The notes beneath the pieces were generated by a model. It was given only the letters and a program-made list of their open reading frames with translations, was not told the origin of the DNA and ran no database searches. A DNA stretch of 45,695 nt from a phage, in NCBI GenBank assembly GCA_032325415.1, contig GCA_032325415.1_4119.2. One strand, 5' to 3'. This document shows positions 39,820 through 45,695 of this stretch, in pieces. Position 1 is the stretch's first letter, and the number at the start of each line of letters is the position of its first letter. Both the position numbers and the translations under genes were made by a program.

Positions 39820-40249
39820 AAAAGCAAAAGAACTACATGGATACTTTGACGATATAAAGGCAGGAAAGTTCAAAGAAGTGTACAAAGCCGAGAACGGCAA
39901 CTACTACAAGGATGAAATGTATAATAACTCCGTTGGTGTAAGGGTTATTCTTGGGTTGAATTCCAATAGTCCTATATCGTTTTCTGAATACAATAGAGAT
40001 GCAGAATTTATTAGTTATGTTGAAAATGGTAGCATTCGTTTTATTAATCGCAAAAAACCATTAATTTTGAATTATGAAGTACTGGAAGGTCCGTGGGATA
40101 GTGAAGAGTATTACTTCCAAAACAGTACTGTTTACGATGATGAAGTACTTGAAGCATTAGTTATTATGTGGTACTTAAAGAGTGTTAACTGTCCTCGATT
40201 TTATTTGGATTTCGAAGAACTTCGTAAAGATCCAGAAGGTATAGAATGA
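39797..40249 (+). CDS. family-B paralog, B2 subgroup (150 aa)
   Basis: MSLQSALEKAKELHGYF ... LEGPWDSEEYYFQNSTVYDDEVLEALVIMWYLK. Confidence 0.65.
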   Translation: MSLQSALEKAKELHGYFDDIKAGKFKEVYKAENGNYYKDEMYNNSVGVRVILGLNSNSPISFSEYNRDAEFISYVENGSIRFINRKKPLILNYEVLEGPWDSEEYYFQNSTVYDDEVLEALVIMWYLKSVNCPRFYLDFEELRKDPEGIE

Positions 40250-40560
40250 AAAACTTATTCAGTGTTCAGTACGTCCCTGGTGAAATTAGTTTATTGTATC
40301 TGTTTGATCATGATAATTCATTATTACTAGTAGTAAAGAAATGCCAAGCTAGTTCATTTGTTGAATACATTCACGATAGTGAATATATACCTGATTTTTT
40401 AGAGTGTGATTATTACGATGAACATGAATCATTTATTTTCCAGGAATCGCTCGTGTGGGATAAATCGATCAACTTCTTTACGTTAATTGAATTACAAAAG
40501 CAGGTGAAGTATCATTGGAATTACTTAATCACACAGGATTACATTGAGATAGAAATATAA
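40246..40560 (+). CDS. family-B paralog (104 aa)
   Basis: ATGA overlap; DEHESFIFQESLVWDKSINFFTLIELQ. Confidence 0.6.
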   Translation: MKNLFSVQYVPGEISLLYLFDHDNSLLLVVKKCQASSFVEYIHDSEYIPDFLECDYYDEHESFIFQESLVWDKSINFFTLIELQKQVKYHWNYLITQDYIEIEI

Positions 40561-40868
40561 TGACTAAAAATGAATTTGATTCACTTTGTACGGTTTATAA
40601 TTCATTGACAGAAATACCTGACTTTATTAATTACATTTCAGCTTTAAATCAAATTATGCATAGTTTTGAACAATCGTTTGAAGAGAAATATGCTGGTAGA
40701 AAAGTTCTATGTCATATGTCAATGTACTTAGGAGATGGTGAGCCTTACACTACAAGTACTACATGTGAAATAAAAAAATATAATATATTATTGGGGACAA
40801 TAGAATTCACAGTATCCAATGGTGGTAGTTATATGTACTTTAGAGATGGAGTGGTTGAATTATTATGA
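40560..40868 (+). CDS. hypothetical protein (102 aa), no family motif recognised
   Basis: Track ORF joined to neighbours by overlapping start/stop. Confidence 0.5.
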   Translation: MTKNEFDSLCTVYNSLTEIPDFINYISALNQIMHSFEQSFEEKYAGRKVLCHMSMYLGDGEPYTTSTTCEIKKYNILLGTIEFTVSNGGSYMYFRDGVVELL

Positions 40869-41314
40869 GTTACGAAAGTGCAATCAAGAAAGCAAATGAT
40901 ATTCTACGCGTCGTTAAATTCTTCAAAGAAAATCCTGAATACTTAGCTGATGAAAACCATGATCACGATGAGAGATTGAGACGAAAAATTGTCGCTTTAT
41001 TTGACACTAATGCGGATAATTATAGTCTAATTGAGTTAGCATACGATTATATTTCATTGAACCGAAACGGCAATATAGTTAATATAGAAAGACATGCAAC
41101 TGAAGAATCTTTTAAAATTTCAGATATTTTATCCCTGAGTACTGAAGAAGGGTACTTCCAGGGTAGTACTGTTTATGAACAAGGGACACTTGACAATCTA
41201 TGCACATTCAGTGTAATATATCAGAAATCTGTACTAGATGTATTTTATCTTGACACTGCTGAACTGGATACACTAACCAATTTTGTTACTACTGAAGAGG
41301 CTACATTCGAGTGA
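40865..41314 (+). CDS. family-B paralog, B2-like (149 aa)
   Basis: MSYESAIKKANDILRVV ... LSTEEGYFQGSTVYEQGTLDNL. Confidence 0.6.
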   Translation: MSYESAIKKANDILRVVKFFKENPEYLADENHDHDERLRRKIVALFDTNADNYSLIELAYDYISLNRNGNIVNIERHATEESFKISDILSLSTEEGYFQGSTVYEQGTLDNLCTFSVIYQKSVLDVFYLDTAELDTLTNFVTTEEATFE

Positions 41315-41847
41315 TGAAAGTTAACATCAATGACTTTGATGCATTACAAGATTTATCAAAAAAGATTCGCACCATTGTACCAGTACTCAAAAAATGCAGT
41401 ACTGGTTTAATCGATCCTAGTACTGTTGTTAATGAGAAGTACAATTTTCATTATGTATTACAGGGTACTGGGGCATTCCAGAAGTGTGAGGTGCGTGAGA
41501 CACACGTAATTGATACATCATTGTTTTCTATTGGTGCACCTGTGTCGAATAATACTATTTTCCTAGACAACGCTGGAAATATTCAACAATTAACATTTAA
41601 GAAAAGGAAAAAGAACAATAACATTGGTGTGTATGCGATGAAGTGGGGTCAACCTGATTTGAAGCGTGAAATTCACATCCCTAAGTACAATTACAATGCA
41701 TTTGACGAACAGTGTTTTCAACTATCGTGTACTGACCCTGACTATGCTATCATTCAGTTCTATATGGAATTGCAGATAGCATTTAACAGTAATTTGTATA
41801 TTAACTTATTGGCGATTAACATTGATGAAGTATTCAAAAACATTTAA
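41311..41847 (+). CDS. family-B-like paralog (178 aa), degenerate motif
   Basis: ATGA overlap; FDEQCFQLSCTDPDYAIIQFYMELQ. Confidence 0.55.
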   Translation: MMKVNINDFDALQDLSKKIRTIVPVLKKCSTGLIDPSTVVNEKYNFHYVLQGTGAFQKCEVRETHVIDTSLFSIGAPVSNNTIFLDNAGNIQQLTFKKRKKNNNIGVYAMKWGQPDLKREIHIPKYNYNAFDEQCFQLSCTDPDYAIIQFYMELQIAFNSNLYINLLAINIDEVFKNI

Positions 41848-42043
41848 TCGAATTGAATACATGAGAACTGTGAGTGCAGTGTGGGACATATGGTTCACTA
41901 CTAAACCAAAAATGGATTACCATGACTTTAAGCTCTTGTTCTTCGTTGGCTCTAACAAACAGGATGTTGCAATGAAGGGTTATATTCAGCACTTACAGGA
42001 ACTAATCCAGAAGAGAATATATGAAAATAATAGACCAAAATGA
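41822..42043 (+). CDS. family-A-like small paralog (73 aa)
   Basis: Track ORF; VGSNKQDVAMKGYIQHLQELI. Confidence 0.55.
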   Translation: MMKYSKTFNRIEYMRTVSAVWDIWFTTKPKMDYHDFKLLFFVGSNKQDVAMKGYIQHLQELIQKRIYENNRPK

Positions 42044-42212
42044 CATTGCTAAACTATTCAATATATATTCTACTAGAATGATGCAAACAGACTCATATAG
42101 TACTGAATTCAAAGAGTTGAAAGTCCTGATGTACTTGGGAACCCAATATCAGGAACAAGTTATTTTGGAATATATTAATTCGCTGAAGAAGGATATCCGT
42201 TATGTACGATGA
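42021..42212 (+). CDS. family-A small paralog (63 aa)
   Basis: Track ORF; LGTQYQEQVILEYINSLKKDI. Confidence 0.6.
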   Translation: MKIIDQNDIAKLFNIYSTRMMQTDSYSTEFKELKVLMYLGTQYQEQVILEYINSLKKDIRYVR

Positions 42213-42762
42213 TTTAGATATTGCGTTTGAACGTATGGTAATTTTAATGCAATGTGCAGAAATGCATGAAACAATCCGTCGCACCAAAGGGATTGAATAT
42301 ACAAGTAAACTATTCTCATACGAAAGTCGTCGAGGGATGGATCATTTTTACTGCACTGATTGTTCAAAGTTTTCAGTACTGAAATATTATCATCCTACTG
42401 TTTCCAATAATAGTTTAATATCCACATATGACGGTGTTCTGTTTAGTGTAATGTATGACACATTACATCCATCAATTTCAATCTATAAAGATTGCGATAG
42501 TAGTTTATCGTATATAATTGAAGATTACTTATCTCCTAATACTGAAGAGAATATTTTTCAGAACAGTGTGTTGCATGATGAATTAAGCATAAAATGCATC
42601 TATATGTTCAATAAGTTAAAAGAGTACGCCGATAATAATTACTTAATTGATAAGTTAGCAGTATTGTCTGTTTCCGTTTTTAATACAAATGACATTGATA
42701 TGAAATACTATAATGAGATTTGTAAAGTACATCATATGTATAAGGAACTATTATGTCAATAA
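42202..42762 (+). CDS. family-B paralog (186 aa)
   Basis: Track ORF; LSPNTEENIFQNSVLHDELSIKCIYMF. Confidence 0.6.
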   Translation: MYDDLDIAFERMVILMQCAEMHETIRRTKGIEYTSKLFSYESRRGMDHFYCTDCSKFSVLKYYHPTVSNNSLISTYDGVLFSVMYDTLHPSISIYKDCDSSLSYIIEDYLSPNTEENIFQNSVLHDELSIKCIYMFNKLKEYADNNYLIDKLAVLSVSVFNTNDIDMKYYNEICKVHHMYKELLCQ

Positions 42763-43355
42763 ATGCAAATAAATGTTGTAGTGCAGATGTGCATTTGTTT
42801 TTTAAGAAATTAGCAAATGATATTATATATATGCAGGAAATGATTTATCACAAACGAGCGGATTTAGAAAAAGCATTAGTACAGTTCTCATTTATGCTTG
42901 ATGGTGATATATTTCTAGAGAGTGATGCATTGCGAATAGTATTAGACAAAAATGCTAAAAGATTTTTATTTCATATAGATAATAAATTATGTTCCTCCGT
43001 ATGTCGTACTTTTTATAATCGTGATTCGGACTTATATCAATTCCTTTATTCTAAAGGTGCAGTAGAAGCATCATATGGTGATGGTTATGCCCTAGGAAAG
43101 AGTATTCCATTTATGAAATCATTTAAAATAGAACACATCAGTACTGATGAAGATGCAATGTTCACAAATGATATAACTATGGGACGTGAAGATGCAATGC
43201 GATATATTACAAATTCTATGCATACATTCTTTCAACGAACAGAATTTGATAATGTATATATATCAAATGTAAATATTTTCAATGACCTGTGTCAGTACTT
43301 GAGAAGTGTTTGTGATTTTGATGAAAGCTATTGTAAGCTTTATACTGAGGTATAA
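42753..43355 (+). CDS. hypothetical protein (200 aa), family-B motif not clear
   Basis: Track ORF in array. Confidence 0.5.
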   Translation: MSINANKCCSADVHLFFKKLANDIIYMQEMIYHKRADLEKALVQFSFMLDGDIFLESDALRIVLDKNAKRFLFHIDNKLCSSVCRTFYNRDSDLYQFLYSKGAVEASYGDGYALGKSIPFMKSFKIEHISTDEDAMFTNDITMGREDAMRYITNSMHTFFQRTEFDNVYISNVNIFNDLCQYLRSVCDFDESYCKLYTEV

Positions 43356-43360
43356 AACAA

Positions 43361-43723
43361 ATGAACACATTAAGTATTACATACTATACAACTAAAAAAT
43401 TAGTTACTTGTTTAATATCATTGAAGACAAACCATGATGATATGTTTGATATGGCTGCATATGAATTAGAATTATCAGAAGATGGCTTCAAGAGCTATGA
43501 AGTATATAGCTATGTTCGTGAAGATGTAATTGACACTACACTAATGCAAGAGGATGAGTTATTCCAAGAAAGTTTAGTATGGGATAATAAGTACGATTGT
43601 AACTTTGATTTCTTATGTTTAATCCAGAAAGAAATGAAAAGAATCTTTGATAATTATCCAGTGAAGAGATTGAGTACTGGACCGGAGCAGTACAGGAGAA
43701 TTTTATTCCGTTATGAAGACTGA
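43361..43723 (+). CDS. family-B paralog, B1 subgroup (120 aa)
   Basis: LMQEDELFQESLVWDNKYDCNFDFLCLIQKEMK. Confidence 0.6.
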   Translation: MNTLSITYYTTKKLVTCLISLKTNHDDMFDMAAYELELSEDGFKSYEVYSYVREDVIDTTLMQEDELFQESLVWDNKYDCNFDFLCLIQKEMKRIFDNYPVKRLSTGPEQYRRILFRYED

Positions 43724-44048
43724 ATTAGTGAAAGTAATGTACGCTACTCATATTAAACTACTACTTGTGAAATTTGATTATAATAAAAAACATAATGATT
43801 TCTATACTTTAATTCGTGATGAAAATACATTCTCCTTGCGATGCAACAATATACCGTTGAAGATAAATGATTTTACTTCACTTGACGAGGGTGAATTATT
43901 TCAAGAATCATTAGTTTTTAATAGTAATATAAAAATTGATATAGAAGTTATTAAAAAATACCAGATTTTATTGAACAAAATTATGAATTGTTATCCATGT
44001 GAAATAGGTGGTCATATGCAGTTCAAATCAAAAATGTATGAATTATGA
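43713..44048 (+). CDS. family-B paralog, B1-like (111 aa)
   Basis: LDEGELFQESLVFNSNIKIDIEVIKK. Confidence 0.6.
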   Translation: MKTELVKVMYATHIKLLLVKFDYNKKHNDFYTLIRDENTFSLRCNNIPLKINDFTSLDEGELFQESLVFNSNIKIDIEVIKKYQILLNKIMNCYPCEIGGHMQFKSKMYEL

Positions 44049-44055
44049 GGTTTAT

Positions 44056-44592
44056 ATGTTAGATAAAAAAATGAACTCTGGAACCCAATATAATCATCTT
44101 AAGTTGGATACATTCGAATCAGCTATCAGTACAGCACAAGATATAATTGATATTATCAAGTTCATTAAAGAAGATAAGTTCAAATGTTTGAAAATACTAA
44201 ATCGTTCAATGTACCGTGATAAAAATATTCATGTATCAGTACGTAGACCGAAAGAACAAGAAAGTGGGAGAGATTTCTATAACAACAGTGAGCAGTTCGA
44301 ATGTGAATATGATCCAGAATTTAGAGGTGGTTTCATGTGTTACTGTATGAAGGATACCTCACACATTGAGATACGTTCATCGAAAGGTGGCATACGTACA
44401 TTAGAGTTTATTGATATAGTTTTAAATCAGGAATACTACTTTCAACTATCATTATTGTTTCCTGCATACGATTTAGGAGTTCTATTCATGTATAAGTACT
44501 TTCATGAGCACTGGAATGAAGACTTCTATCTGGACTTAGAAGATTACCACTTAGTTTGGAAAGAAATGGTAAAACTTCGCAACCCATCTTGA
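44056..44592 (+). CDS. family-B paralog, B2-like (178 aa; track start 44008)
   Basis: SD GAGG then ATG 44056; FESAISTAQDIIDIIKFI ... NQEYYFQLSLLFPAYDLGVLFMYKYF. Confidence 0.6.
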   Translation: MLDKKMNSGTQYNHLKLDTFESAISTAQDIIDIIKFIKEDKFKCLKILNRSMYRDKNIHVSVRRPKEQESGRDFYNNSEQFECEYDPEFRGGFMCYCMKDTSHIEIRSSKGGIRTLEFIDIVLNQEYYFQLSLLFPAYDLGVLFMYKYFHEHWNEDFYLDLEDYHLVWKEMVKLRNPS

Positions 44593-44618
44593 CACCCTCC
44601 GATTCTTTGTGATATAAT
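44589..44618 (+). promoter_or_regulatory. internal sigma70-like promoter within array
   Basis: -35 TTGACA 44589-44594 overlapping the upstream stop, 18-bp spacer, -10 TATAAT 44613-44618. Confidence 0.5.
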
Positions 44619-44651
44619 CTCTTTATATTAATTGTAAAGGGTTATATCACA

Positions 44652-45128
44652 ATGTCCAAAGACCTATCATTTAGCAATGCACAAAAAATAGCAAAAGACA
44701 TTATCAGGGTTTATAAATTCCTTACAAATGTTACTGAAGATTTTTCCGTGGGCAAACATACAGTCAAAAAAAGAAATGGATACCTTTCCTTTATGGATGG
44801 GTTACTCTATAGTTCAGATGAATCAACTTGTAGTATTAGAGTGCTTGATGAAGTACCAAGTGGTGATTTTATTTCATACCATTTCCCAAGTTCAGATAAT
44901 TTCAAATACTACAATCATCATCTTATAAATGAAGGATTTGATACGGCTGAAATTAACACTGAAGAAGAGTTCTTCCAGTACAGTACTGTGTATCCAGAGA
45001 GGATTGTTTTCAGTTCAGTGATTTACACTGCCCTTAAAAATGAACTAAATTCAGATAGTGATCATTTCTACTTGGACCTGAACAATCTCGATTGTATTAT
45101 TGAGTACCTGGAGAAAAATGGTTTATGA
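44652..45128 (+). CDS. family-B paralog, B2-like (158 aa)
   Basis: SD AAAGGG then ATG 44652; FSNAQKIAKDIIRVYKFL ... NTEEEFFQYSTVYPERIVFSSV ... FYLDLNNL. Confidence 0.65.
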   Translation: MSKDLSFSNAQKIAKDIIRVYKFLTNVTEDFSVGKHTVKKRNGYLSFMDGLLYSSDESTCSIRVLDEVPSGDFISYHFPSSDNFKYYNHHLINEGFDTAEINTEEEFFQYSTVYPERIVFSSVIYTALKNELNSDSDHFYLDLNNLDCIIEYLEKNGL

Positions 45129-45619
45129 TTACTACAGAATATGATTACGATGGTGTTTTAGAATTTGCAGAAAATATCTATCGCATTGCAAAGGAGTTCA
45201 GAAGTCCTGACCCATTTGGTGGTATGTTCGAATACGATGAGTTTAGTTCATCCAAAGGAAGACTTGCGTTTACTAATGAAAGAGGTAATCAAATCTATGC
45301 CGAGTACTTTGATGACAATGACTTTCATTACAAAGCCGGATACATTTCATATTGCCCTGGGTCTGATTTGAAGATTAATATTGACAATTATAGAGAAGCA
45401 GTATTTGTTAAGTATGATGATTTAGTGCTCATGTCAGAGGAAATGTACTTTCAGGGTTCTTGTATTCATGATGTAAAAGTACTTAATGCTATGTTATTTT
45501 ATGGTGCACTACTTCATCATTACAAATACAAACAACGATTCTTTTTAGATTTAGTAGTATACTATAAATGCGTGGATTATTTGAATGCAAAATACGACAA
45601 CAATTCAGTACATGACTGA
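45125..45619 (+). CDS. family-B paralog (164 aa)
   Basis: ATGA overlap; LMSEEMYFQGSCIHDVKVLNAMLFYG ... FFLDLVVY. Confidence 0.65.
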   Translation: MITTEYDYDGVLEFAENIYRIAKEFRSPDPFGGMFEYDEFSSSKGRLAFTNERGNQIYAEYFDDNDFHYKAGYISYCPGSDLKINIDNYREAVFVKYDDLVLMSEEMYFQGSCIHDVKVLNAMLFYGALLHHYKYKQRFFLDLVVYYKCVDYLNAKYDNNSVHD

Positions 45620-45695
45620 TGGTACTGAATACTTTGTTTCAAGATATGTAATCAACCACAACCATTATGTGACCTATATTCCAGAATACAATCAA

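Noticed and set aside
1-45695. Naming the phage or host (T4-like, T5-like, SPO1-like and Felix-O1-like were considered)
   Set aside because: Promoter consensus, RBS and composition do not match any of these from memory closely enough; identification needs a database search.

Overview
This window reads as part of a large virulent dsDNA phage genome (the specific phage is not identified), with essentially every supportable gene on the + strand. It falls into three parts. (1) 1-2280 is an ORF-poor, highly structured non-coding region with about 15 copies of the palindrome TTCAGTACTGAA, iteron-like short repeats and several stable hairpins; it is a candidate origin, packaging or regulatory region. 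(2) 2280-20860 is a dense set of about 50 small genes organised as repeated expression cassettes: a near-consensus sigma70-type promoter (TTGCAA or TTGACA, 16-17 bp spacer, TATAAT), a conserved initial transcribed sequence (GTTTTACATC), a GC hairpin at about +5 to +25 whose stem sequence covaries between copies, a Shine-Dalgarno site, then a 50-200 aa ORF. Recognisable products are a TraR/DksA-family C4 zinc-finger protein, a GNAT-like acetyltransferase, a small protein with protein-kinase-like motifs, and a signal-peptide protein. Several paralog pairs and four copies of an about 90-bp terminator-plus-promoter module are present. (3) 21100-45620 is more AT-rich and contains two very large tandem arrays of paralogous genes joined by ATGA/TAATG start-stop overlaps: family A (about 30 proteins of 65-90 aa sharing a C-terminal LGTNYQE-x-YV motif) and family B (about 35-40 proteins of 100-200 aa sharing a [D/E]EE[Y/F][Y/F]FQ-x-S-[L/T]-V-x-D motif that resembles TEV/3C-type protease recognition sites). 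The paralog arrays are the most unusual content and look like a hyper-expanded accessory system of unknown function. No rRNA, tRNA or CRISPR array could be supported by eye. All coordinates were derived by manual counting and all functional calls are motif-based inference without database searches.
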